Shown here: one piece after another, positions 27,848-37,912 of the stretch
Numbering within the stretch: position 1 is the stretch's first letter
How the letters are laid out: each line of letters opens with the position of its first letter
Origin: an uncultured virus (IMG/VR IMGVR_UViG_3300042993_000002)
Lineage: Duplodnaviria > Heunggongvirae > Uroviricota > Caudoviricetes
Length of the DNA: 64,000 nt
IMG/VR virus record: IMGVR_UViG_3300042993_000002
Reading direction: 5' to 3' (one strand)
The notes under the pieces: generated by a model
Told to the model about the DNA's origin: nothing
Databases searched by the model: none
What the model saw: the letters and a program-made list of their open reading frames with translations, nothing else
Translations under genes and position numbers: made by a program

Positions 27848-28124
27848 TATAAATCTCCTGTTGCTGTTCAAACCATTTCTTATGGTTTTGGATTCGGTTA
27901 TTACACGTCCATACTTGGTAAGTGTTGACCACGTAACCGTGAGCCAACGCACGAACAGTGTTTTCCTTTACACGTTCAGGGGTACAAGGGAGAAAGAACT
28001 CACTTGGTGGAACCAGTACAACCGTCTTTGTCACCATCACAGTACGCTCTGTCGAGCAACTGCATAGTGCTAGGGCTAAGACGATCATCATCAGCAAAGC
28101 CTTGAGGCTTCGTAGGAGCTTCAT
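27831..28124 (-). CDS. o-spanin (Rz1-like lipoprotein)
   Basis: signal peptide with lipobox LCSC, Pro/Cys-rich; overlaps 3' end of i-spanin. Confidence 0.7.
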   Translation of the reverse strand: MKLLRSLKALLMMIVLALALCSCSTERTVMVTKTVVLVPPSEFFLPCTPERVKENTVRALAHGYVVNTYQVWTCNNRIQNHKKWFEQQQEIYNGNNK

Positions 28125-28422
28125 TATCGCTCTCCTTGAGGGTCAGGGTGGGTAGGGCATTGATCGCGTCTCCTGTGGCCTTCTGGGAGGTCAGGAACCG
28201 TACCTCTGCTTCGTAGTGTTGGCGGATAGCGTCCTTCGTGAGAGAACAGCTCTTGTCGGCCAAATCCATAGCCTTCCTGTTTGTCTCTGCTGCCTGTTCA
28301 TACGTTGCTACATCCAATCGCAGTGTTGTAACTTCAATGCGAAGGCTTTGAATATACAGAACACCAGCGATCACAAGTAGCAGCGCTGCCAACATGAGGT
28401 AATTCTTAATTGTTGCTAGCAT
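28000..28422 (-). CDS. i-spanin (Rz-like)
   Basis: N-terminal TM plus periplasmic coiled coil. Confidence 0.7.
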   Translation of the reverse strand: MLATIKNYLMLAALLLVIAGVLYIQSLRIEVTTLRLDVATYEQAAETNRKAMDLADKSCSLTKDAIRQHYEAEVRFLTSQKATGDAINALPTLTLKESDNEAPTKPQGFADDDRLSPSTMQLLDRAYCDGDKDGCTGSTK

Positions 28423-28603
28423 CTTCTTCTCCATCTTCCGTCGTGGTGTAATAAACGAGTCCAGCTCGCACTACAGCTACGAATGTTGCAATCCCTGCAT
28501 ATGATCCTTGTGGGAGAAGAGGTTGCCACAACATCATCAATGGCTCTGCTGCAAGGAACACAGCGGCTAGAATACCCAGCCCCATCTTCATTTTCTTTGA
28601 CAT
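28406..28603 (-). CDS. putative holin
   Basis: 65 aa, two TM segments, charged termini, upstream of spanins. Confidence 0.6.
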   Translation of the reverse strand: MSKKMKMGLGILAAVFLAAEPLMMLWQPLLPQGSYAGIATFVAVVRAGLVYYTTTEDGEEDASNN

Positions 28604-28644
28604 GTGGAAACCTCCAATTAGTTAGTAATATTTATAAATCACTC

Positions 28645-31410
28645 TTAGGCATCATATGTGATACTAGCCCACAGTGTAACGGTGCCGCCAGATGGTACAT
28701 CTGCCGATGTAATATTTGACGGTGCCACACCCATACCAGAAGCAACTAGTGTAGCCGAGGTTGCACCACCTGCTACTTGAATAGCAACTTGTGTATAACC
28801 GGCCTTGTTGATTCCTCCGAATCTAACTGTACCAATAGTGGTAGCAGTTGGTGCAAAGGGAAGGCCAGTGATAGTAAGTGTTCCAGAAGCAGAGGTATAA
28901 GTGAAGGACGATAGGTCAAGACGTATAGTAAGACTTACGCGGCGGCCAACTTTAGTACATTGGCCTGTTTGGGCACTATATGTAACCGAAAGATTACCCG
29001 GAGTGCTAAACGTAAGGGCTGGAGTCCAGTTACTCTCTTTGTAGTCATCTAAGGTATTCGGGTCAGATGATGGGATTTGTGTAGAGGGGAATGGAATTTG
29101 ACCTCCGACAAAGTTAGATCCGAATACTGCTGTAGACCCTGCCAACCCCGCTGTCACACATTCCCAACGAGCTGGGGTGCTTGCTGTTGGTGTGCTGTTT
29201 TCTACAATATGACCCTGCGCGTAGTAGTACCCATCAGATGGCACTGCTGTGGCATAATGTGTAGATACCGACTGTAGCAGGAATTCAGTTCCTGCTACAT
29301 AAGGAGTGATACGCAAGAAGGTTGCGATGCCACCTACCGGGATCGTTATGTCCTTTCCACTACCAGTTACGATGTTTCCGCCTGCCGAGTTTTTAATCGT
29401 TACTGGGCCAGTTGCGGCACGAAGGGTGATTCTTTGTCCGGGCAGGATATTGCTAGTTATTGTAGATAACCTGACTGTCTTATCTGCGTTGGGAGAAACC
29501 GTACCAAATTTATGGGTTCCCATATTAATCACACCATTGGCATCCATTGCAGGTGCTTTTTGAGCAATGGTCGGAAGGATTGTGGTGCCATTTGCAGATA
29601 CCCTTAAACTCCCAGTGAAGTTGAATCCATTACATTCATTAGCTCCAGATGAAAGATCAGATACAAAATGATCAAAAGATCCTTCTACCACGTTGCCCAG
29701 ACCCCAGTCGATCTGGCTACTTGCACCAAGTGAAACAATATAACCGCTCCCGGCTGCCCCGCCGCCCGTTGTCCCGATGCCCGCATTAGCAAAGTGATTG
29801 TTGGTCAGGCTGATATTGCCATCACCATCTTTAGTAACTGCGTAGGCCAGAGTCTCAAACCAACACTTTTCGGCAGTGACATTTCTGGCTGGGCCTGTAG
29901 ACCACAGCCCTCTGACGGAGCGTTGGAATGAAAAACCGTCAGTGAAGCTGATGCTGTGCCCAGCTCTATTGGCGTTGCCGACGCCAGAAATGTCAGCCGT
30001 GCTCTCACCATTAATCCCGTTGTACGCTGTGGTAGAAGGGTCAGGGTCAACCCCGATCTTTACACTGTATAGAGCGGTTCTCGCCGGCGATGCACTGATG
30101 GCTTCACCATGACCACCGCGAACAGTAATCTGCCCATGCTGCCCCGTAAATAGCCAAGGTTCACCACCGTCCTGCACGACCACTTGCACGCCAGAAAAGT
30201 CGATCCATTGGTTAGGACGGCGACTATTGGCGTGAGTATATCCAGCGCGTGACCAGATGCCCTTGTTGAAGTTCCAGAAGCACACATCAAGAAGGTTGGA
30301 ATGCCAAAAGCCGCCCTGAGTAAACGTCTCGTTATACTGAGCGTGGCAGTAAAACCCCCACTGATCAGGGTTGACCACTCCATGACCGTAAGCTGGCGTG
30401 GACGATCCGCAGAACATCAGGCCAGTGATGTGCGCACCTTGGATGGCGCCCGGTGCCAGTTCCAGCATACCATAAGGATTTGGACCTGCTGGGGTGAAGG
30501 GTAATGCTGTAATAAAAGTGTTACGAGAGCCCATCCCCATAAGAGGGATACCACTATAATGAATAATACGGGTTACTGGGTATACACCTGCTGGGAAAGA
30601 TACTCCGTACCCGCCATAAGATACGCTAGCAAGGGCGAGTGCCTTAGCTTGAGCACCTGCGATAGCCGGAGTCCAATCCCAAGTTGTCATATCATTAATA
30701 TTAGGCTTGACTGTAATTAGATGAGCAAACTCTACTACACTCACCCAACGAGTGCTCAGAACACTTTGTACAGTTTTAAGGTCTACAGAAGCTGAAAGTT
30801 CTTGCCTAGAAAAACCAGTGAGGGCAGCACCTTTATTGAGGTCTATTGTATCTGCTAAGTCTACAGTAGAAACTTTTGTAGACAGCAAGCTTGCTGTGAG
30901 ATTTGCAGAGTTCAAAGCATCTAAAGCGGAGGCAACGCTTTCAGCAGCTTTAGTAGTGGCAGTGCCTGCACTGTTAGCACTGGCAACTGCACTACTTGCA
31001 GAGTTAGCAGCGCTGTTAGCCGAAGCAGTTGCAGAGTTACTTGCCTCTGTGGCGGATACGGCAGCAGCATTCTTACTAGCCAATGCACTTGCTGCATCTT
31101 CTCTAACTTGTTGTACAAGAGGGTTAGATGCCGCTACATCCCCAAGGAGGATCAGAGCATTGATGTTTGTTTCTGTTGTGTTCTCATCGATAACAATCGA
31201 ACCAATAGTCTGTAAACCATCAGAACCAGAAACCACTACAGAGTAGTTCCCAAGTGGACAGTCAACAGAATACTCTCCGTCTTCATCTGTGCGGAAGCCC
31301 GCCGTGACGCTCTTCAAAACTTGCTCAGATGTGGACTTTGCAATAAGCTTCACATAAGAGTCTTTAAATGGTTGTCCATTTGGTAGTAGCAGTGTTCCAC
31401 TTAGGATCAT
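28645..31410 (-). CDS. tailspike/receptor-binding protein with pectin-lyase-like beta-helix
   Basis: tail-fibre N-terminal domain, Ala/Ser stalk, DWTPAI..A / FPAGVY beta-helix start, Gly-rich coils. Confidence 0.8.
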   Translation of the reverse strand: MILSGTLLLPNGQPFKDSYVKLIAKSTSEQVLKSVTAGFRTDEDGEYSVDCPLGNYSVVVSGSDGLQTIGSIVIDENTTETNINALILLGDVAASNPLVQQVREDAASALASKNAAAVSATEASNSATASANSAANSASSAVASANSAGTATTKAAESVASALDALNSANLTASLLSTKVSTVDLADTIDLNKGAALTGFSRQELSASVDLKTVQSVLSTRWVSVVEFAHLITVKPNINDMTTWDWTPAIAGAQAKALALASVSYGGYGVSFPAGVYPVTRIIHYSGIPLMGMGSRNTFITALPFTPAGPNPYGMLELAPGAIQGAHITGLMFCGSSTPAYGHGVVNPDQWGFYCHAQYNETFTQGGFWHSNLLDVCFWNFNKGIWSRAGYTHANSRRPNQWIDFSGVQVVVQDGGEPWLFTGQHGQITVRGGHGEAISASPARTALYSVKIGVDPDPSTTAYNGINGESTADISGVGNANRAGHSISFTDGFSFQRSVRGLWSTGPARNVTAEKCWFETLAYAVTKDGDGNISLTNNHFANAGIGTTGGGAAGSGYIVSLGASSQIDWGLGNVVEGSFDHFVSDLSSGANECNGFNFTGSLRVSANGTTILPTIAQKAPAMDANGVINMGTHKFGTVSPNADKTVRLSTITSNILPGQRITLRAATGPVTIKNSAGGNIVTGSGKDITIPVGGIATFLRITPYVAGTEFLLQSVSTHYATAVPSDGYYYAQGHIVENSTPTASTPARWECVTAGLAGSTAVFGSNFVGGQIPFPSTQIPSSDPNTLDDYKESNWTPALTFSTPGNLSVTYSAQTGQCTKVGRRVSLTIRLDLSSFTYTSASGTLTITGLPFAPTATTIGTVRFGGINKAGYTQVAIQVAGGATSATLVASGMGVAPSNITSADVPSGGTVTLWASITYDA

Positions 31411-31421
31411 AATATATTTCC

Positions 31422-31979
31422 TTATGTAAAGCTAGCGTATGCAAGTGCCAACTTCGTATGATAATTATTCTTCATGTATTCAGGCCCGTTGTACAACTTG
31501 GCAAACTTGGCCCATTCTTTAGCTCGTAACGCAGCCAGCATACCCGGATTGATTTTGATGAATCTCACAAACATATCCAGTTGACTGCCTTCGTTTTTAT
31601 ACGCAGCATTGACGAATGCTTGTACACTTGGATATCCGAGAGCCTTCCAGTGGAAGCCCATAATCTGGAACAAGCCCCAAGAGCAGGATTGCAATGCACA
31701 TTCACGATCAATCGCTACAGCCTTGTCAAGACGTGTGTGTTCAGCCGCACCACCTTTGTATCCTCCAGCCTTGGGGTCTACAACGTCATTCAAGGCTGGC
31801 TCTTTACCAAGCTTGGCCTTGAGTAGTTTGTACATCCAATGACGCTCAAAGAGGATCACAGGAGCCCCAGAAGGGAGGAAGCCGCTTCCACGGCTCTCCA
31901 CTTTGGTGACTGCTTTAACACAGGCAACTTCAACCCCGAGGGTTTCAGCAGCTACTTTGTAGTCGTTATCTGTTAGCAT
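31422..31979 (-). CDS. endolysin, N-acetylmuramidase (DUF3380-type)
   Basis: VESRG.GF, ILFERH, SWGLFQIMGFH, FAKLYNGP. Confidence 0.9.
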   Translation of the reverse strand: MLTDNDYKVAAETLGVEVACVKAVTKVESRGSGFLPSGAPVILFERHWMYKLLKAKLGKEPALNDVVDPKAGGYKGGAAEHTRLDKAVAIDRECALQSCSWGLFQIMGFHWKALGYPSVQAFVNAAYKNEGSQLDMFVRFIKINPGMLAALRAKEWAKFAKLYNGPEYMKNNYHTKLALAYASFT

Positions 31980-31980
31980 A

Positions 31981-33453
31981 TTATTGTCCGATAACTCGCC
32001 AGAAGTATTGAGTGAATGTGTTGCTGTACCCGTGGTGGAATGTAAAACCTCCAGCATCAAACGACTTAACTGTTGCCATGCCGCTCTCATTGGAAGCCTC
32101 TTCGAATCGAGTCATCGTGATGTTCCAGCAGGCCGAGTTGAACCCACGTGGGAAGTTAACTCGTTGTACACTTGCTCCACCGCCCATGTTGAAAAGACCC
32201 CATTGTTCGATGATCCCATTTGGATGGATCATCCATCCAGTGCTTCCACCAGAAGCAGTGAAGTCCAAACTACCTGTAGTACCAATCGCGTTCATCGTAG
32301 CAGCGGAGCCAAGGCCAAGACTGTTACGAGCTGCCTGTACGTTTGTTAGGTCATTGAGGTTGTTGGCACGTTGTAGGAATGTTGTGGTAGGTTGGGTTGC
32401 AGCAGAACCAAGTCCCAAGTTTGTGCGAGCTGTAGCTACGTTGGTAAGTCCTGCAAGGTTATCAGTTTTAAACAATACAGCAGTAGGTGCTGTAGTTGCC
32501 AGAGTTGTCAGTCCAAGATTGGTACGGGCTGTTGAAATAGAATGCAGATCAGAGAGGTTGTTCTGTCTCCACGCGAAATCTGTAGTAGAGTTCTGAGCAG
32601 CAGAGCCGAGCTGCAAATTACCACGTGCAAGAGCTGGGTTAGTCAGGTCGGACAAGTTGTTGGCAGTTGCCAGATAGTCTGCCAAAGATGCAGTTGCAAT
32701 GCTACCAAGGCCAAGGTTACCACGTGCTGTTGCAATGTTACTGAGTCCTGCGAGGTTACCAGACTTCTTCAACAGGATTGTGGAAGCTTTCAACGGAGTG
32801 ATCGATTTGTCATCGATTGTACCAGCTTCTGTTTCACCTGTCGTAGCGTACTGAGTTGTACCATAAGAGGATTCAGTGGCAGGGACAAGCAGACTATTGA
32901 TCTGACTTAAAGGGACGGCGTGTTGTGGGTTAGTTGCAGTTCCAACGAGGAATGGAGTAGCATTATCACCACCTTTGAAAGCATAACGGGCATCCCCATC
33001 AGCCTTGCTGTACACAGATAAGTTAGCACGAGCAGCTACAACGTTGGAAATCCCAGAGAGAGTTGCATAGTCTGTCAGGTGAGCGTTCAATGCTGCCTGA
33101 ACAATCTGGACACTTCCGTAGTCTTCAAACGCACGAGCCCAGAACAGGTTGTTGTTTGTGTTGGTAGGGTCGAGGTTGTAGTTAGTTTGTAGACACTTGT
33201 AGATTAGTCCATCACTACCTTGAGTGTAGCTCAGACCACCTTGATATTCTGTAATAGCATCCCACTCTGGGACACCATGTTGGTTAAAGTGAGCGATGGC
33301 CGTATCTTGACGGTTCATTGCCCAGTTTTGATATTCGTATGGTGGGAGTTGAACTACCCAACCAATGTTTGTCTTTGTAACACCCGGATCAACCTTAGTA
33401 CCTGTAGAAGCCCAGATAGTGTTCAGGTTTGTAGGCTTTGGAATGTTAGCCAT
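31981..33453 (-). CDS. tail fibre with NNLSDL...ARxNLGL repeats
   Basis: repeated NL(S/A)(D/G)L.N...AR.NLGLGS units; C-terminal GIIEQWG domain. Confidence 0.85.
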   Translation of the reverse strand: MANIPKPTNLNTIWASTGTKVDPGVTKTNIGWVVQLPPYEYQNWAMNRQDTAIAHFNQHGVPEWDAITEYQGGLSYTQGSDGLIYKCLQTNYNLDPTNTNNNLFWARAFEDYGSVQIVQAALNAHLTDYATLSGISNVVAARANLSVYSKADGDARYAFKGGDNATPFLVGTATNPQHAVPLSQINSLLVPATESSYGTTQYATTGETEAGTIDDKSITPLKASTILLKKSGNLAGLSNIATARGNLGLGSIATASLADYLATANNLSDLTNPALARGNLQLGSAAQNSTTDFAWRQNNLSDLHSISTARTNLGLTTLATTAPTAVLFKTDNLAGLTNVATARTNLGLGSAATQPTTTFLQRANNLNDLTNVQAARNSLGLGSAATMNAIGTTGSLDFTASGGSTGWMIHPNGIIEQWGLFNMGGGASVQRVNFPRGFNSACWNITMTRFEEASNESGMATVKSFDAGGFTFHHGYSNTFTQYFWRVIGQ

Positions 33454-33483
33454 ATCGAACTCCTTCAATAAGAAAAGCCATCA

Positions 33484-34065
33484 TTAGATGGCTTTGTATA
33501 GATTCACTTTTGTGGTAAAGCCTTTTGCAAGTTCATTAGTAGAACCAGAGTGCATAGGCTTAACTTTGTACCCGAAACGAATCACGAAGGCACGTGTCAA
33601 AGACCATTCATGCACGAAGTAAAAGCCATAACTGGCATGCCCATCGTGGACAGTCTTGACAAATTGCCAACCACCCATTCCGGGTTTATCTTCAACTGTA
33701 AAATCTCCCTTATAGGAGATTTCGCTGCCAACTACTGGAGTCTGATACCAGCTCAATAGTCGTTTGTTGTTTGCTGGGTTGCGTAGTGCTGCCCAAGTGT
33801 ACATTGCGAGGAAGCTGTCAACAGCTACACCGAAAGGAGTGTTCTCTGCCCACCAGCCGCGCTTGTCTCCTAGAAGTCCATCGAAGTCATTACCCCAGAG
33901 CCATGCCCACTTAGGCAAGTTGACGATCTTACGACCGTCACTCTCAGAGTACCCGTCTACTCGGAATGGAATGGCAATAGCTACCACAACAAATCCGAGC
34001 AGGACAAGGACGATGTTCGACAAGAACAGGAAAGCAAATTGTGCTACTGCCTTGACGTAATCCAT
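33484..34065 (-). CDS. tail-fibre-associated hypothetical protein
   Basis: LP.W..LW.N.DG..GD...W..RNP motif. Confidence 0.65.
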   Translation of the reverse strand: MDYVKAVAQFAFLFLSNIVLVLLGFVVVAIAIPFRVDGYSESDGRKIVNLPKWAWLWGNDFDGLLGDKRGWWAENTPFGVAVDSFLAMYTWAALRNPANNKRLLSWYQTPVVGSEISYKGDFTVEDKPGMGGWQFVKTVHDGHASYGFYFVHEWSLTRAFVIRFGYKVKPMHSGSTNELAKGFTTKVNLYKAI

Positions 34066-34066
34066 G

Positions 34067-34417
34067 TTACACCTTCACGTCTGGTGCTACTGGAGCATCC
34101 AATGGGAAACTCTCTGTAGAAGGCCAGTCGCGAAGGCTTACACGATATGCTCGCCAAGCCTTCTGTGTTCCGATTCCAGTCTCTCCGTCTTGAACTCTGT
34201 TCAGCATAATATCTGCACGAGTTAGTTCAGTGTCACGCAGATCACGGGCACTCTTTTCAAGAGCGGCATTCAACTCCGCTTCACCGATTTCAGGTTCAGG
34301 CGTGTTACCTTCTGCAAGCCATTCAAGGTATTGAACATAGTGTCTGTTACCTTCTGCGAATGGGATGAACATTTCACTTGGAAGGTGAATGACACCTTCC
34401 TTTTTTAGTTTATACAT
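34067..34417 (-). CDS. tail fibre assembly chaperone
   Basis: NRHY..YLEWLA.GN.P; W..YR..LRDWP. Confidence 0.8.
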   Translation of the reverse strand: MYKLKKEGVIHLPSEMFIPFAEGNRHYVQYLEWLAEGNTPEPEIGEAELNAALEKSARDLRDTELTRADIMLNRVQDGETGIGTQKAWRAYRVSLRDWPSTESFPLDAPVAPDVKV

Positions 34418-34430
34418 AAATTATCTCCTG

Positions 34431-37151
34431 TTAGAGTTCAGCATCTAGGCTATACAATCTTCCTACCAAAGCTACAGTACCGACAGCAGAGTTTACCATT
34501 TCTAGTGTGTAGGCAATGTTGTTAATAACAGACACGTTGCCAGTAGACACGTTAGTGATAGAGCCTGCTGCCAGAAGGCTCACTGTTGGCGTTACACGCA
34601 TTGCCACAGGAAGAGCACAAGAGTTAATCCAAGGCATCGAAGCCAATTGAGCGTAATACTGTTGACTTTGAGATACAACAGTATAGTAACGTCTACATTG
34701 ATTAATCTGGTCTGTAATATCCAAACGCTCAAACTCAGTAGCTTGTGTTCCCAATTCAATCTGCAAATCTGTAACTTCAATAAAGTTACCAGCGGTCCCT
34801 GCCCAGTTTGTGGCCCCAGTTGCAGAAATGAAGTTACCAGATTGCCATCCGTTGAGAGATGATGTTTGGTATGTGCCAGTGTTAGTTGCACCAATTCGAA
34901 TCTGTAGTGAAGCGACTGTTGTATTTGGAAGAACAGCATCAGTTGGCACTATGGTTGTCAGTTCAACTCTACGAGGGGTGTTAGCAACCGCAACAAATGT
35001 GGAGACGTAACTCTTAGCACCACCAGAGTCTGCCAACGACACAGAATATGTACCACTCACGTTTGTATTGAAGATGAAGGAAGCAACCATTGGCTTACCT
35101 ACAAAATCGTAACAGTTAAGCCCTTCAATCAACTGGTTAATACCTCCCCAGTAGTTAGAGCCTGTAGTGTTAGCGATAGCTGTCACAACTTGATGACGAA
35201 CTGCAAGCTTAGCAATACCGTCCACTGTCATGGTTGTACGAGACTGTGTGAAAGACCCGCCGGCAGATGCTGCGTTTGTAGCCCTGAATCGGTCAACACC
35301 ACCATAAGCATTAACCCCAGCACTTGCTGTTACGGTAACCTTCTGGGATACACGGGCATCGCCATTAATGATGCGGTTACGACCAGATACAAACTGGAGC
35401 TTATCTTCAAGTGCAGCAACTGCTACAGAAGCATCGTCTTGCGATAGTTCAGAAGCACCACCAATCAACTTGATTACGAACACACCAGTTACGTTAACTG
35501 GACGGGATTCAACGTCACCACTTGCAAGAAGGACAGCAGGGCTACCAGCATCGGCATAACCAGTTCCAGTGAAACCAAGCGAGACAGTTGGGTAGGTGTT
35601 CTTAATCGCACCAGCGTTACTTTGGAATGTGTGGGTGTGAGACAGGTTGGCGGAAGCTTGGAAGTTACCAGCAACACCTGTAGAGTTTGTACCATCACCA
35701 CGAAGGAATGGAGCAGCAGTTGTGCCAGCAGTCTTACCGTTCAAGTCTGGAATACGGAAGGTTGTTGTTCCGTTACCTGTTGTGTAGCAACCACGGCTTG
35801 TAGATGTTGCCAGCCAAGTTGCATCAGAAACTACAGGAAGGATTCCAGAATCAACACCAGCGAATGCAGCTTGATAACTTGTACGTGTCAGCAGTTGTCC
35901 GTCAGCAGGAATGTATCCGGCTGGGATCGAAGCACGGTTAGGCCACCAAAGTACAGTGTACAGTGGAGTACCACCACCAATACCAGCCCATGCACCATTC
36001 TGGTATCCTTCAAATTCGTTCGTTTCGCTGTTGTAACGAAGCATACCGTTTGCAGGAGACGCAGTACGTTGAGCAGATGTACCAGCAGGAAGTGCAGCAG
36101 AACCAGTGGCACTGTCTTTATCAACTACAGATAGTGTGATGTTCGCTGTTCCATCGAAAGCAACACCTTGGATCGTGCGAGCTGTTTGCAACTTAGTTGC
36201 TGTAGCAGCATTGATCCCTGTAAGGTCTACAGGAAGGCGAGCCAAAGCAATTGTCCCAGATGTAAGGTTGGATGCGTTATCGGCTCCAATGTAACCACGA
36301 GAGGCGGAAGCATCAGTGAGATTGAGGAACCCACGTCCATACGTTGTAACTGGTGTCAGACCAAGAGCAGAAGACCCATCGTAAAATGGGATCGTATTGC
36401 CAGTGATCGTCAGTGCTGCAAGGTTGGTCAGGTTTGTAGCAAGAGGTTGTTTAGTCGCCAATCCAGCAGTCAGAGCTGCATCAGATTCAGCCGAACTGTA
36501 AACGCCTAGGGTTGTACGAGCTGTAGCAGCATCATTATCGTCGAGCAAACTACGAGCAAACGATGTCAAGTCTGTAGTAGTTGCACTAGAAGTACCAGTG
36601 AAATACGGGAGCTTGTTGGTCGCTGGTGTCAGTGTCGCCAGAGTGGTCAGAACTGCGCTTGCCAATTGAGCTTGAAGAGTTGTACGTGCCGCAGCCGCGT
36701 CAACATCGTCCAAGAGTGTACGAGCGTATGCCGTAACAGAGCTTGTGGCAGCCGCTGTAGGGCTTGTGAAGTATACAAAGGTGTTAGCGGCAGGAGTGAT
36801 CACTCGAAGCGCTTCAAGGCTCGCAGAAGACTCAGGGAATGCCTTCACCCAGTTAGCTGGGGATGTGGCAGGGTCTAGTCCAGAGTTTGTCAGGATGCAC
36901 TTGTAGACAACACCATTACGTTGTACATAAGATTTGTTTGTCAGGTATTCAGAAACAATATCCCATTCAGGCAATCCTTTCTGAAGAATATAAGCGATGT
37001 TTGTATCTTGGCGGTTCTCAAACCAGTTCCACCATTGGCGAGGAACGGCTTCAACCACCCAGCCTGTTGCAATCTTTTCAGGAGAGGGAGAGGTGATGTC
37101 ACCACTGGAAGCCCAGATATCCGTCATGTCCTGCTTGATGTAGTCAACCAT
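34431..37151 (-). CDS. long tail fibre protein
   Basis: AR.LLDD.DA repeats, collar motif TFRIPDL.G...FLRG, RN.IING C-terminal domain. Confidence 0.88.
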   Translation of the reverse strand: MVDYIKQDMTDIWASSGDITSPSPEKIATGWVVEAVPRQWWNWFENRQDTNIAYILQKGLPEWDIVSEYLTNKSYVQRNGVVYKCILTNSGLDPATSPANWVKAFPESSASLEALRVITPAANTFVYFTSPTAAATSSVTAYARTLLDDVDAAAARTTLQAQLASAVLTTLATLTPATNKLPYFTGTSSATTTDLTSFARSLLDDNDAATARTTLGVYSSAESDAALTAGLATKQPLATNLTNLAALTITGNTIPFYDGSSALGLTPVTTYGRGFLNLTDASASRGYIGADNASNLTSGTIALARLPVDLTGINAATATKLQTARTIQGVAFDGTANITLSVVDKDSATGSAALPAGTSAQRTASPANGMLRYNSETNEFEGYQNGAWAGIGGGTPLYTVLWWPNRASIPAGYIPADGQLLTRTSYQAAFAGVDSGILPVVSDATWLATSTSRGCYTTGNGTTTFRIPDLNGKTAGTTAAPFLRGDGTNSTGVAGNFQASANLSHTHTFQSNAGAIKNTYPTVSLGFTGTGYADAGSPAVLLASGDVESRPVNVTGVFVIKLIGGASELSQDDASVAVAALEDKLQFVSGRNRIINGDARVSQKVTVTASAGVNAYGGVDRFRATNAASAGGSFTQSRTTMTVDGIAKLAVRHQVVTAIANTTGSNYWGGINQLIEGLNCYDFVGKPMVASFIFNTNVSGTYSVSLADSGGAKSYVSTFVAVANTPRRVELTTIVPTDAVLPNTTVASLQIRIGATNTGTYQTSSLNGWQSGNFISATGATNWAGTAGNFIEVTDLQIELGTQATEFERLDITDQINQCRRYYTVVSQSQQYYAQLASMPWINSCALPVAMRVTPTVSLLAAGSITNVSTGNVSVINNIAYTLEMVNSAVGTVALVGRLYSLDAEL

Positions 37152-37169
37152 ATAAATGATCCTCTTAAA

Positions 37170-37901
37170 TTAGGTGATGATGTTGGACAGAATACCGCCA
37201 GAAGATGGGTCATTTAGATCACCTGTTCCCACGCCTCCGGGGAAACCTTCTGTCGCAAATACACGTCCAGCTTGGAATTCAGAGTAGACGTAATTAACGC
37301 CTACAGTCTTTGGAAGTAGTGTGCCAGCACCACCCAAGTCAAACAGCAAACCGCGTTCAACGTTTGTGAGAATCTTACCGATACCGATACGAACTTTTGC
37401 AGGTTCATATTCATCAATAGTTACTGCACCGGCTTGGAACAAGAACTTGTACGCATTGATTACATCTTCAGGGCGAGACATTGTTCTGTTCTTAATGATC
37501 TTGGCTTTAAGAATCAAACGGTATTCTTCGTCAGAAGGTTCACGAGAGATTCCCGTTGGAGCGTCGATAGAGTACCAAGGGGCACCAACTGTTGGGTCTG
37601 TTGTAGAAGCAAAGCTCCCTCCAAGGGGAGCTGATTCAAAGCCGAAGTAGTAGAACAGTTCAGCAGTTACGAGTCCACGAGGACGACCAACAATCTCTCC
37701 GATGATATCGAGTTGGGCACCAACAGCAGTATCGATGGAGCGGAGCTGCTGCAAGTCTTGAAGAACAACTTGCATTTCAGACCACTCACCAATAAGCAAG
37801 CGGATGTATTTATCAATGATCGGTTTGTCTTTGAATTGCTCAGTGATACGTCCACGAGCTTCATCAACAAACGGTACAAGTTCGAATGGATTGACGGACA
37901 T
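37170..37901 (-). CDS. baseplate wedge protein (DUF2612-like)
   Basis: GAQLDIIGEIVG, DEEYRL.LKAKI. Confidence 0.8.
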   Translation of the reverse strand: MSVNPFELVPFVDEARGRITEQFKDKPIIDKYIRLLIGEWSEMQVVLQDLQQLRSIDTAVGAQLDIIGEIVGRPRGLVTAELFYYFGFESAPLGGSFASTTDPTVGAPWYSIDAPTGISREPSDEEYRLILKAKIIKNRTMSRPEDVINAYKFLFQAGAVTIDEYEPAKVRIGIGKILTNVERGLLFDLGGAGTLLPKTVGVNYVYSEFQAGRVFATEGFPGGVGTGDLNDPSSGGILSNIIT

Positions 37902-37912
37902 TTAAGCCCCCT

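Noticed and set aside
32300..33100. DNA repeat array or DGR template in the tail fibre
   Set aside because: The repeats are at the protein level (NNLSDL...ARxNLGL), and no reverse transcriptase is present.
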